64,000 nt of DNA from a bacterium (GTDB lineage: Bacteria; Patescibacteriota; Minisyncoccia; Phycocordibacterales; GCA-002787175), in assembly GCA_030699905.1 (NCBI GenBank), contig JAUYKQ010000027.1, positions 1,293-65,292 on the forward strand, in the 5' to 3' direction. The notes under the pieces were generated by a model. The model made no database searches, was not told the DNA's origin, and saw only the letters and a program-made list of their open reading frames with translations. This document shows positions 28,641 to 37,828 of this stretch, piece after piece (the stretch's first letter is position 1; each line of letters opens with the position of its first letter). Made by a program: the position numbers and the translations under genes.

Positions 28641-28783
28641 CTTTGAATTACGAAATACAGCAGGCGTCCCCCACGAGGAAAGTCACAAAAAAGTGACCGC
28701 TCCAAGGGCGCTTGCCCGGTCCTAGTCACTTTTTTGTGACTTTCCTCGTGGGGGGGGAAGGCGGGTGTTTCTTAATCCACAGT
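28641..28783. mobile_element. MITE-like element, family B copy 1. About 140 bp, with a poly-C/poly-G core hairpin (CCCCCACGAGG...AAAAGTGACCGCTCCAAGGGCGCTTG...GTCACTTTTTTGTGACTTTCCTCGTGGGGGG).
   Basis: Four copies (28641, 30887, 33773, 49775). The left end is CTTTGAATTACGAAA; the right end is degenerate in this copy. Confidence 0.8.
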
Positions 28784-28799
28784 CAATGTATTAACGCCC

Positions 28800-29063
28800 A
28801 TGAAAAAACGAGTTACTGCCGACATAATTTTTTTCTTTTTTATTCTTTTCGCGCCTTGGTGGGCGAGCGTCATATTTGGGCTGGTTTGTCTTTTTATCTT
28901 TGAACGCTATTACGAAATTTTGGTTGCCGGACTCGCCCTTGATGTTTTGTACGGGGTCGGCGCTTCAAAAAACGGCGGTTTTCCTGTAATATTTACGGTA
29001 TCGGCATCTTTCGCGTTTGTCGCGTCTCTTTATCTCAAGGAGAGAATCAAGTTTTACAAATGA
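28800..29063 (+). CDS. mreD: Small polytopic membrane protein, probably MreD
   Basis: 87 aa, hydrophobic. Placed between mreC and pbp2. Confidence 0.45.
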   Translation: MKKRVTADIIFFFFILFAPWWASVIFGLVCLFIFERYYEILVAGLALDVLYGVGASKNGGFPVIFTVSASFAFVASLYLKERIKFYK

Positions 29064-29069
29064 AATTCA

Positions 29070-30776
29070 ATGATTTTTTTTAGACGAAAAAATAAAATTT
29101 CAGGCAAAACAGAAATATTTCCTGACGAAATATTTTTGGACTCCAGCAACATTCCAAAATTTGACAAACATCAGTTTGAAGGAAGGATAGAAAAGCCGAT
29201 TTCTAAAAAAGTCATCGCCATTTCCGGCGTGGTTTTTGTGGCGGTGGCTGTCATATTTTTAGGTAAAATCTGGATGCTTCAGGTGGGACAGGGACGCGCC
29301 TATGCTTTGCGGGCGGAAGAAAACCGCCTCCGCCACACGATAGTTTTTAGCGAGAGGGGAGTGATTTTTGACAGAAAAGGGACAGTCGTGGCTTACAACG
29401 AGCCGCCGCTTCCCGGAAACGAATTTTCATATAGAAAATATACTGACTTGCCGGGGTTGGCGCATGTTTTGGGGTATGTGAAATATCCGTCCAAAGACAG
29501 CGCCGGTTTTTACTACAAAGAGGATTTTGATGGGGTGGCCGGGGTGGAAAAAATGTTTGACGATGCTCTGTCGGGGACTAACGGATTGAGGATTATAGAG
29601 ACAAATGCTTTAGGCGCCGTGGCTTCCGAAAGTGTAATTTCCTCCGCCAAAGACGGTGAAAATATTCATCTGTCTATTGACGCGGGACTTCAAACCGCTT
29701 TGCATTCATACATGCGCGACTTGACCAGAGACGGAGGATATGCGGGAGGAGCGGCTGTTGTTTTGAACGTGAAAACTGGTGAAATACTGGCCATGACGAA
29801 CGTGCCTGAATTTGACTCCACGGTTCTTGCCGACGGAAAGGATGCCGAAAAAATAAAATCATTCGTGGAGGACCCCAACATGCCTTTTTTGAATCGGGTG
29901 GCGCAGGGCCTTTATACTCCGGGTTCCATAGTAAAACCGTTTGTTGCTTTAGCCGCCTTGTCCGAAGGCGTAATTGATCCGCGCAAAAATATCTTGAGCA
30001 CCGGTTCCATATCCATAGCTAACCCCTATGACAAAACTCAGGTGAGTGTTTTTAAGGATTGGAAAGCCCATGGCTACGTGGACATGAGGGAAGCGTTAGC
30101 TGTGTCGTCAAACGTTTATTTTTACGCCATAAGCGGAGGATACGAAGACCAAAAAGGAGTAGGTATTGATAAAATTTCCGAATACGTCAGAAAGTTCGGT
30201 TTTGGTGAACCTGTGGAAAAAAATCACTGGCTTTTTGGTAAAGAGGGGGTTGTGCCGACTCCGGAGTGGAAAAAGTCCGTTTTTGGAGGCGACGAGTGGC
30301 GTTTGGGGGATACTTACAACACTTCTATCGGCCAGTACGGTTTTCAGGCGACACCACTGCAAATAGCGAGGGCTATCGCGGCTATTGCAAACGAAGGCAC
30401 GCTGGTTTATCCGACTTTCACTAAAAATACTTACGAAACCCAAGACGCGATCGGAAAAAAAATAGAAATCAAAAGCGACTATTTTGACATAGTTAAGGAG
30501 GGGATGAGAGATGCCGTGGTGGCCGACTATGGTACTGCCCGTTCTTTGAATTTTCCGTTTGTATCGGTGGCCGCCAAAACAGGAACGGCCGAAGTCGGCA
30601 CTACAAAGAAGAGTGTGCATTCTTGGGTGGCGGGTTTTTTCCCTTACGAGGAACCTCAATACTCTTTTGTTGTCGTTATGGAAAGAGGCCCCAGCGAAAA
30701 CATATTACCGGCAAGTCGCGTTATGCGCGGAATGTTTGAGTGGATGGGAATATATAGGCAAGAGTACCTAAAATAA
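29070..30776 (+). CDS. mrdA: Penicillin-binding protein 2 (elongasome transpeptidase)
   Basis: SxxK (GSIVKP), SxN (SSN) and KTGTA motifs. N-terminal TM. Context is mreBCD. Confidence 0.85.
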   Translation: MIFFRRKNKISGKTEIFPDEIFLDSSNIPKFDKHQFEGRIEKPISKKVIAISGVVFVAVAVIFLGKIWMLQVGQGRAYALRAEENRLRHTIVFSERGVIFDRKGTVVAYNEPPLPGNEFSYRKYTDLPGLAHVLGYVKYPSKDSAGFYYKEDFDGVAGVEKMFDDALSGTNGLRIIETNALGAVASESVISSAKDGENIHLSIDAGLQTALHSYMRDLTRDGGYAGGAAVVLNVKTGEILAMTNVPEFDSTVLADGKDAEKIKSFVEDPNMPFLNRVAQGLYTPGSIVKPFVALAALSEGVIDPRKNILSTGSISIANPYDKTQVSVFKDWKAHGYVDMREALAVSSNVYFYAISGGYEDQKGVGIDKISEYVRKFGFGEPVEKNHWLFGKEGVVPTPEWKKSVFGGDEWRLGDTYNTSIGQYGFQATPLQIARAIAAIANEGTLVYPTFTKNTYETQDAIGKKIEIKSDYFDIVKEGMRDAVVADYGTARSLNFPFVSVAAKTGTAEVGTTKKSVHSWVAGFFPYEEPQYSFVVVMERGPSENILPASRVMRGMFEWMGIYRQEYLK

Positions 30777-30886
30777 TCATCTCTCCCTAATTCTTAATTC
30801 ATAATTCATAAATCCTAAATCCTATTTCGTGGAGTATCTTTTCCTCCACTATCGTGTTATACTTCTGTGGTAAGATTTATAATAAA

Positions 30887-31026
30887 CTGTGAATTACAAA
30901 ACACCTGCTTCCCCCCCTCGGAAAGCTCCCAAAAAAGTGACCGCTCCAAGGGCGCTTGTCCGGTCCCAGTCACTTTTTTGTGACTTTCCTCGTGGGGGGG
31001 GAGCATGCCGTTTTTTGTAATTCAAG
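30887..31026. mobile_element. MITE-like element, family B copy 2
   Basis: CTGTGAATTACAAAACACCTGCTTCCCCCCC...TTTTTTGTAATTCAAG. It is preceded by short AATTCATA/AATCCTA tandem units at 30795-30826. Confidence 0.8.
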
Positions 31027-31047
31027 AATAATAAAATAAAAAAACTT

Positions 31048-31509
31048 ATGTCCGACAAAACAGAATACCTTACGCAAGAAAAATATAAAGAGTTGCAAGC
31101 CGAGCTTTTAAATTTGAAAACCGAACGCAGAAGAGAGGTCGCCGAACAGTTGGAGTACGCGAAATCATTGGGGGACTTGGCTGAAAATGCCGAGTATCAC
31201 GAAGCCAGAACCGAGCAGGCAAATGTTGAAGACAGGATAAACCGCCTTGAAGCTATGATGAAGGCGGCGGTTATCGTAAGCAAAGACACTCATGACGTCG
31301 TTGAAATCGGTTCAACGGTGACTTTGGATCGGGGTGGCAAACAGGTTACGTACACCATTGTCGGTTCCGAAGAGGCCAATGTTGAAAGCGGTAAATTGTC
31401 TATACGCTCTCCGATAGGCGAGGCCATGATTGGCAAAAGAAAAGGAGATTTTTTTGAGTGTAAAACCCCGGGAGGCAAGGCCAAGTGTAAAATATTGGAA
31501 GTAAAGTAA
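31048..31509 (+). CDS. greA: Transcription elongation factor GreA
   Basis: Coiled-coil N-terminus with the acidic tip (LGDLAENAEYHEA) and an FKBP-like C-terminus. Confidence 0.9.
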   Translation: MSDKTEYLTQEKYKELQAELLNLKTERRREVAEQLEYAKSLGDLAENAEYHEARTEQANVEDRINRLEAMMKAAVIVSKDTHDVVEIGSTVTLDRGGKQVTYTIVGSEEANVESGKLSIRSPIGEAMIGKRKGDFFECKTPGGKAKCKILEVK

Positions 31510-31530
31510 AAATCAGCGACAGATAGTTCT

Positions 31531-31692
31531 CTTTGAATTACGAAACTCCAATTCCGCGTCTTTCTTTTCAATTTCGGCTACGGCTTTGCAAAAATTATTC
31601 AACAGATACTCTGTATACGCCTCATAATTTTTGCTTCGCCTCGCTCGAAATTGAAAAGAAATCCATCGGAAGCGAGTTTCGTAACTCAAAGT
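31531..31692. mobile_element. MITE-like element, family C copy 2
   Basis: Nearly identical to 3197-3358. Confidence 0.8.
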
Positions 31693-31748
31693 TCTTAGCT
31701 TCGGACAGGCAAAAGACAAATTCGTCTTCTGCTTGACGATATTTTTAA

Positions 31749-33212
31749 ATGTCGTTAGAAGAAATACGTTCAATCCGGCTTCTAAAATTAGAAAAGCTTA
31801 AACAGGCGGGAGTTAACCCCTATCCTGTTTCGGCTTGTCCGGACGTGACGCTTGAAGAAGCGGTGGACAATTTCGCAAAACTCGCAAAAAAGAAGAGAGT
31901 GACATTGGCTGGCCGTATTATCGCAAAACGTGGACAAGGGGCCATACTTTTTGTTGATATTTTTGATGGCACGGGTAAATTCCAGGCGGTTTTCAAGAAA
32001 GACGAAATGGAAGAATCGGTCTTCGGACTTTTTGAAGAAACCACTGATAATGGCGATTTTATTGAGGTCTCAGGTTCGTTTTTTACGACAAAAAGAAAAG
32101 AAAAGTCGCTTTTGGCAAAGGATTGGAAAATGCTTTGCAAGACGCTAAGGCCCCTTCCCGAGAAATGGCACGGACTGACTGATACCGAAGAACGTTTCCG
32201 CAAAAGGTACTTGGACATTTTGATGAATGAGGAGGTCAGAAAACGTTTTGTTTTGCGTTCTCGCATCGTTTCAGAACTTAGGAAAGTTTTGGACAAAGAG
32301 AACTTTCTGGAAGTTGAGACATCCATGCTTCAGCCACTTGCCGGAGGCGCGAATGCCGAGCCATTTAAGACGAGGCATAACGCTTTAGATATGGATTTGT
32401 ATTTGCGAATAGCGCCGGAGATTGACCTGAAAAAACTTTTGATAGGAGGATATCGCAAGGTCTATGAAATCGGCCGAAGTTTTAGGAATGAAGGAATAGA
32501 CGTTACTCACAATCCCGAATTTACAACTGTTGAGTGGTACGAAGCATATAGCGACGCGAAAAGGCAAAGAGAATTTTTGGAAAAAGTCCTGAAAACGGTG
32601 GTCAAAGGAGTTGTCGGGAAAAACAAGATTGAATTTGACGCGAAAGAAATTGATTTTTCCGGAAAATTTGCCGTTGTTTCGTATTTTGAACTGCTTCAAC
32701 GTTACGCTTTAATTCCGGAACCCGCGAAGGCGAGCATGGATGATTTAAAACTCAAGGCGACGCAATTGGGAATAAAACCCGAAAAAGGCGATACTGTTGA
32801 AAAACTCATGGACAGCATTTATAAAAAGACAGCCAGACCGAAACTGGTACAGCCGACTTTTGTTGTTGATTATCCGGCCAATTACATTCCATTGGCCAAA
32901 AAGAAAGAAGGCAGTGATACGTTAGTTGATGCGTTTCAGCTTGTAATAGGTGGATTTGAAGTTACCAAAGCATTTTCTGAACTGAATGATCCGGTAGACC
33001 AAAGAGAACGTTTTGCATTACAAGAAAAAAACAAGAAAGAGGGAGACGCCGAAGCTCAAGAGGCGGACGAAGCGTTTCTGGAGGCCTTGGAATACGGAAT
33101 GCCGCCTGCCGGTGGGGTGGGACTTTCAATTGACAGAATGGCTATGCTTCTTGGTAACGTAAAAAACATTCGTGAAGTGGTTTTCTTTCCAACCATGCGT
33201 CCTAAAACATAG
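31749..33212 (+). CDS. lysS: Lysyl-tRNA synthetase (class II)
   Basis: N-terminal OB fold (RLLKLEKLKQAGVNPYP) and class II motifs (FRNEGIDVTHNPEFT, GGVGLSIDRM). Confidence 0.9.
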   Translation: MSLEEIRSIRLLKLEKLKQAGVNPYPVSACPDVTLEEAVDNFAKLAKKKRVTLAGRIIAKRGQGAILFVDIFDGTGKFQAVFKKDEMEESVFGLFEETTDNGDFIEVSGSFFTTKRKEKSLLAKDWKMLCKTLRPLPEKWHGLTDTEERFRKRYLDILMNEEVRKRFVLRSRIVSELRKVLDKENFLEVETSMLQPLAGGANAEPFKTRHNALDMDLYLRIAPEIDLKKLLIGGYRKVYEIGRSFRNEGIDVTHNPEFTTVEWYEAYSDAKRQREFLEKVLKTVVKGVVGKNKIEFDAKEIDFSGKFAVVSYFELLQRYALIPEPAKASMDDLKLKATQLGIKPEKGDTVEKLMDSIYKKTARPKLVQPTFVVDYPANYIPLAKKKEGSDTLVDAFQLVIGGFEVTKAFSELNDPVDQRERFALQEKNKKEGDAEAQEADEAFLEALEYGMPPAGGVGLSIDRMAMLLGNVKNIREVVFFPTMRPKT

Positions 33213-33349
33213 GAGATAAGGTTCACAAAGATTCACATTTCACGTCGTTTTTTCGACGGCTGTGAGCGACTACTTTAGGTTGCCTGTACAAGTTTTGAAT
33301 ATTATCGTAGTATACCTCGCAGAAAGAAAACCGAGTACAGAGGTGTATT

Positions 33350-33709
33350 ATGAACATGACGAAAAAAGTTTCGGAATTGAAAGAGATGCTATCAAGGCCC
33401 TTGGCAGAATGGTTATCCAAACCCGCGATGGATCGACTTCTAGACGCCGGAATCCGCAATTTTGCTGACTTGTACTGCTTTGAGGCAGTGCACAATAGCG
33501 GTCTCTTTTTCCGACACTTGGGTAGCAGGCCCGGACAAGGGCTTGCCAAGATCAACGGTATTGGAAAAAAGACGACAGATGAGATACTGGCTCTGATTGA
33601 GGAGAAGAAATTGCCGAGTTTAGATTCGGCTCATAAGGTGGCGGTACTTTTATACTGCCAAGAAATCAAGGGACGATTCTACAAGGGACGATTCTATTCA
33701 GGTCGTTGA
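33350..33709 (+). CDS. Small helix-hairpin-helix protein resembling a free-standing RNA polymerase alpha C-terminal domain
   Basis: LSRPLAEWLSKPAMDRLLDAGIRNFADL...INGIGKKTTDEI follows the alpha-CTD pattern (L..P...L..R..N.L..AGI...DL...N.G.KS..EI). It has its own intrinsic terminator at 33728-33757. Confidence 0.4.
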   Translation: MNMTKKVSELKEMLSRPLAEWLSKPAMDRLLDAGIRNFADLYCFEAVHNSGLFFRHLGSRPGQGLAKINGIGKKTTDEILALIEEKKLPSLDSAHKVAVLLYCQEIKGRFYKGRFYSGR

Positions 33710-33727
33710 AACGACCATGACCCGCGT

Positions 33728-33757
33728 AAACCCGCCACTCTCGTGGCGGGTTTTTTT
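33728..33757 (+). terminator. Intrinsic terminator
   Basis: AAACCCGCCACTCTCGTGGCGGGTTTTTTT. Confidence 0.75.
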
Positions 33758-33772
33758 CTGTTTGGTTTATAT

Positions 33773-33919
33773 CTGTGAATTACGAAACACTTGCTTACCC
33801 CCCCACGAGGGAAAGCTCCCAAAAAAGTGACCGCTCCAAGGGCGCTTGCCCAGTCTTAGTCACTTTTTTGTGACTTTCCTCGTGTGGGGGGCCACCTGCC
33901 GTATTTCGTAACTCAAAGT
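33773..33919. mobile_element. MITE-like element, family B copy 3
   Basis: CTGTGAATTACGAAACACTTGCTTACCCCCCCACGAGG...GCCGTATTTCGTAACTCAAAGT. Confidence 0.8.
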
Positions 33920-34288
33920 ATCCAAGCTCGGTTCTTCACCGTAATTTCACTGTGGATAACTATATTAGCAAAGTGGGATAGAGTGTTATAAGATGTTATA
34001 TAAGTGGTATGAAGTGGTAAATTTATATTTTCACTTTTATCGCTACATTTATGGACAGGAAAGTTTATAAAGTTAAATACGGCAGAGGAAAAGAGTACTT
34101 GATAGTGCTCAATTTGCCTCAAAAGGTAAGGGTACAGGTCAAGAACAGCAAAAAGAAAGAGTGTAAAGTGGATGCCTGATAGCACCTTAATGCTCCCGAG
34201 AGTTTTCGGAAGCATTGCGGTACGCGAAACAGAAACCACAGTCGACCATTCTTTACTTTTTTAGTCGCCTAAAAAATTTACGACTTTC

Positions 34289-34723
34289 ATGTTAATTGGC
34301 GAATACACGCACACCATAGACGAAAAGAGCCGTGTCTCTCTTCCTTCCAAATTTAGAAAAGAACTCGGCAAAAATGTCGTGGTCACTCGTGGTCTTGACA
34401 ACTGTTTGTTTCTGTATTCACCAAAAGCATGGGCGGTTATTTCAAAAAAGTTGGGTCAGTTGCCTTTTGGACAGTCCGACAGTCGCGGGTTTAATAGGTT
34501 TATGTTTGCCGGAGCGGTAGAGGTGGATGTGGACCAGCTTGGCAGGATTCTCATACCGGATTTTTTAAAAAGTTTTGCCGGCTTGTCTGAAAAGGTGATT
34601 TTCGCGGGGCTTTACGACAGGGTTGAAATATGGAACGAAAAACACTGGGGCGAATATAAGAAAAAAATTGAAGATCAGGGCGACCAGTTGGCGGAAAAGC
34701 TTGGCGAAATAGGGGCTGTGTGA
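34289..34723 (+). CDS. mraZ: Transcriptional regulator MraZ
   Basis: Duplicated MraZ domain (DEKSRVSLPSKFR... and DQLGRILIP). Confidence 0.9.
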   Translation: MLIGEYTHTIDEKSRVSLPSKFRKELGKNVVVTRGLDNCLFLYSPKAWAVISKKLGQLPFGQSDSRGFNRFMFAGAVEVDVDQLGRILIPDFLKSFAGLSEKVIFAGLYDRVEIWNEKHWGEYKKKIEDQGDQLAEKLGEIGAV

Positions 34724-34760
34724 TTTTTATACCACTTCCAATTGAGCGAAAATTGAAATT

Positions 34761-35660
34761 ATGGTCCAACACGTTCCAGTTCTTTTAAAACAGATTACCG
34801 ACATTCTTGCCGTTAAAGGGGGCGAAATTTTTCTTGACTGCACATTGGGTGGCGGGGGACACTCGGCTTCCATATGTCAGGCGACTCATGGAGAAGCCCG
34901 AATAATCGGCCTGGACATTGACGAGGATGCCGAAAAAAGAGTTGAAAATACGCTGAAAAAAGAAGGATGCCGTTTCCAGTTTTTCAATCAGAACTTCAAG
35001 GACTTAGACAATGCTCTCGCAAAGGCCGGCGTCTCTCATGTTCACGCGATTCTTTACGATTTGGGTTGGAGCTCGTTTCAGACCGAAATTTCAGGAAGAG
35101 GATTTTCTTTTAAAAAAGACGAGCCGCTTCTTATGACCTTTTCCAAAAATCCTAAAGCAGATGATTTGACCGCGCAAAAGATATTAAACAGCTGGGAGGA
35201 GGAGAACATAGAGCTCATTTTGAAAGTTTACGGAGAAGAGCGATTTGCGAGGCGCATCGCAAGACGTATCACGGAAAGAAGACAGACAAAAGAGATACTC
35301 ACAACCTTTGAACTTGTGGAAATCGTCAAAAGCGCCATTCCGGCATCGGCAAAAAGAAAAGGAGGCATCCATCCGGCGACAAAGACCTTTCAGGCCCTGC
35401 GTATCGCGGTAAACGATGAGATGAGCGCTCTAAAAAAAGGGTTGCAAAACGGATTTGAAGCGCTGAATTCAGAGGGGAAAATGGCCGTAATATCATTCCA
35501 TAGTTTGGAAGACAGAATAGTTAAAAGGACTTTCAGTCAATGGGCGAAAGAAGAAAAGGGAAAAATCATTACCAAAAAACCTCTCACGGCGGACGAAGCG
35601 GAGACAGAAAATAATCCAAGATCAAGAAGCGCCAAGTTGAGAGTTTTTCAAAAGTATTAA
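34761..35660 (+). CDS. rsmH: 16S rRNA m4C1402 methyltransferase RsmH (MraW)
   Basis: VPVLL...DCTLGGGGHS SAM-binding motif. The gene order is mraZ-rsmH. Confidence 0.9.
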   Translation: MVQHVPVLLKQITDILAVKGGEIFLDCTLGGGGHSASICQATHGEARIIGLDIDEDAEKRVENTLKKEGCRFQFFNQNFKDLDNALAKAGVSHVHAILYDLGWSSFQTEISGRGFSFKKDEPLLMTFSKNPKADDLTAQKILNSWEEENIELILKVYGEERFARRIARRITERRQTKEILTTFELVEIVKSAIPASAKRKGGIHPATKTFQALRIAVNDEMSALKKGLQNGFEALNSEGKMAVISFHSLEDRIVKRTFSQWAKEEKGKIITKKPLTADEAETENNPRSRSAKLRVFQKY

Positions 35661-35666
35661 AGAAAA

Positions 35667-35999
35667 ATGACAAAAGTTATCAATAAAACTTTATACGAGT
35701 TAAAAGAAGCCAGAATTTTTTGGATTGCTTTGGCTTGTCTTGGACTTTCGCTCGCGTTTTACGCCTATTTCATATCAATGACCGTATTCAACATAGTGGA
35801 AAGAAAAAGCGCCAAAGTGGCAATTTCCGAACTTAATTCAGAATTGGCTTTTCTTGAGACCGAATATATGGAACTGAATAGTTCTTTGACCATGTCTCTT
35901 GTTTTAGAACAGGGTTTTCGAGAAGTCAATGACGTGAAATACGCTTCAAGGGGGGCCTCCAGAGAGGCGCTGTCCTTTGAAAACGCGGCGGGGCAATAG
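35667..35999 (+). CDS. ftsL: Small bitopic protein, probably the cell-division protein FtsL
   Basis: 110 aa, single TM, coiled-coil-like tail. It sits between rsmH and ftsI. Confidence 0.5.
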   Translation: MTKVINKTLYELKEARIFWIALACLGLSLAFYAYFISMTVFNIVERKSAKVAISELNSELAFLETEYMELNSSLTMSLVLEQGFREVNDVKYASRGASREALSFENAAGQ

Positions 36000-36044
36000 C
36001 TCGCTTGGCTTATCTCTTGTATACTTTAATCAAGTCCTCATAAC

Positions 36045-37775
36045 TTGATTCGCTTTGGATTGCAAACTTCAATGAAAAATTTTCCATTCCGGCTTATTCT
36101 CATTAAAACGGCGGTGGTGGCGGGAGCGTTGATTTTAATGACAAAACTGTACACGGTACAAATCGTCCGTGGAGACGATTTCAGTGAAAGAGCCGCTCGG
36201 CAATATGTTCAGGAAGGTACAAGTTCGTTTGACCGTGGCAATATATATTTCAAAAACAAAGACGGAACGCTTATGGGCGCGGCGGTTTTGAAACAGGGCT
36301 TTACTCTTTCCATAAATCCGTCTATTTTGTCTTCACCTGAGAGCACATATGAAAAACTTTCAGAGATAGTGCCTATTGAAAAGGATTCTTTTATGGCCAA
36401 GGCCGGCAAAAAAGGCGACCCGCACGAGGAAATCCTAAAACAAATTGATAAAAAAACGGCGGATAAAATCCGGGCGCTCCAAATCACCGGCGTGTTTTTG
36501 ACCTCGGCAAAATGGCGGTACTACCCGGGAAACGCAAGTGGCGCTCATGTTTTGGGTTTCGTTGGTTTTCAAGGCAATGAACTGACGGGTCGATACGGCC
36601 TTGAAAGCTACTATGAAGGGGTACTGGAGAGAACCGATGAAAAGCTTTATGTAAACTTTTTCGCCGAAGTTTTTTCAAGCATAGGGAGGATTGTAAGCGG
36701 AGATTCAAAGCGAAGCGGAGACGTTTTAACCGGCATTGAACCGTCCGTGCAAGCGTTTTTGGAGGAGAACCTTCTTTCCATAAGTGAAAAGTGGGAAAGT
36801 AAACTGGTGGGAGGAATTGTCATAGAACCGACGACGGGCCAAATAGTTGCGATGTCAACATTGCCGACATTTAATCCGAATGACTTTAGAAACGCGGATC
36901 CCTCTACTTTTTTAAATCCGTTCGTAAGCAGTGTTTACGAGCTTGGTTCGGTTATTAAACCTTTGACCGTGGCCGCGGGCATTGATTCGGGCAGTATAAC
37001 CTCCAATACAAAATATTTTGATGCCGGTTTTGTTACGGTAAACGGACTTAAAATTTCAAATTATGACGGCAAAGGAAGGGGAGAAGTTGACATTCAAACC
37101 GCTTTAAGTCAGTCGCTAAACACCGGCATGGCTCATGTTGTCTTGAAAATGGGCAGGGAAAATTTCGCCAAATACATGACTTCTTTGGAGCTCGGCGAAG
37201 AGACGGGAGTGGACTTGCCCGGAGAGGTTCGAGGTTTGGTCAAAAACTTGGAAAGCCCGAGAAACATAGAACATGTTACCGCCTCTTTCGGACAAGGTAT
37301 CGCTCTCACTCCCATTGCCGCCGTCAGGGCGCTCACTTCTCTCGCAAACGGAGGGGTTTTGCCGAATTTGCATGTGGCAAGTAGCATTGACTATGACTTG
37401 GGTTTTGAGAAAAATTTGACTTTTGGAGAAGGAAAAAGGGTCTTCAAAAAAGAAACGGCAGATGAAGTGACGAGAATGCTCGTGAGTGGCGTTGATGATA
37501 CTCTCTCCGATGGCAAGTATAAGATGGAACATTATAGCATTGCCGCCAAAACCGGTACGGCTCAAATTGCGAAAACGGACGATAGAGGATATTATGATGA
37601 CAGGTTCCTTCATTCTTTTTTCGGCTATTTTCCCGCCTATGAACCTAAATTTCTGATATTTCTTTTTACCGTGGAACCAAAAGGAGTGGACTTTTCTTCT
37701 CAAACATTGGCGGAACCTTTTATGAATACGGCAAAGTTTTTGATAAATTATTATGAAATCCCGCCGGATAGATGA
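36045..37775 (+). CDS. ftsI: Penicillin-binding protein, FtsI-like division transpeptidase
   Basis: SxxK (GSVIKP), SxN (SQSLN) and KTGTA motifs. N-terminal TM. Division/cell-wall cluster context. Confidence 0.85.
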   Translation: MIRFGLQTSMKNFPFRLILIKTAVVAGALILMTKLYTVQIVRGDDFSERAARQYVQEGTSSFDRGNIYFKNKDGTLMGAAVLKQGFTLSINPSILSSPESTYEKLSEIVPIEKDSFMAKAGKKGDPHEEILKQIDKKTADKIRALQITGVFLTSAKWRYYPGNASGAHVLGFVGFQGNELTGRYGLESYYEGVLERTDEKLYVNFFAEVFSSIGRIVSGDSKRSGDVLTGIEPSVQAFLEENLLSISEKWESKLVGGIVIEPTTGQIVAMSTLPTFNPNDFRNADPSTFLNPFVSSVYELGSVIKPLTVAAGIDSGSITSNTKYFDAGFVTVNGLKISNYDGKGRGEVDIQTALSQSLNTGMAHVVLKMGRENFAKYMTSLELGEETGVDLPGEVRGLVKNLESPRNIEHVTASFGQGIALTPIAAVRALTSLANGGVLPNLHVASSIDYDLGFEKNLTFGEGKRVFKKETADEVTRMLVSGVDDTLSDGKYKMEHYSIAAKTGTAQIAKTDDRGYYDDRFLHSFFGYFPAYEPKFLIFLFTVEPKGVDFSSQTLAEPFMNTAKFLINYYEIPPDR

Positions 37776-37828
37776 GAAACATGGAACACGAAACAAGTTA
37801 GCAAAAGTCAGAAAAGCGTACTTTTATC

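Noticed and set aside
33223-33555. 110 aa minus-strand ORF overlapping the HhH gene
   Set aside because: It is antisense to a better-supported ORF and its translation is not protein-like.
34051-34179. Possible 42 aa ORF (MDRKVYKVKYGRGKEYLIVLNLPQKVRVQVKNSKKKECKVDA) in the 370 bp spacer upstream of mraZ
   Set aside because: No ribosome-binding site or promoter is evident, and it is too short to assess from composition. It is kept only as a note for comparative checking.
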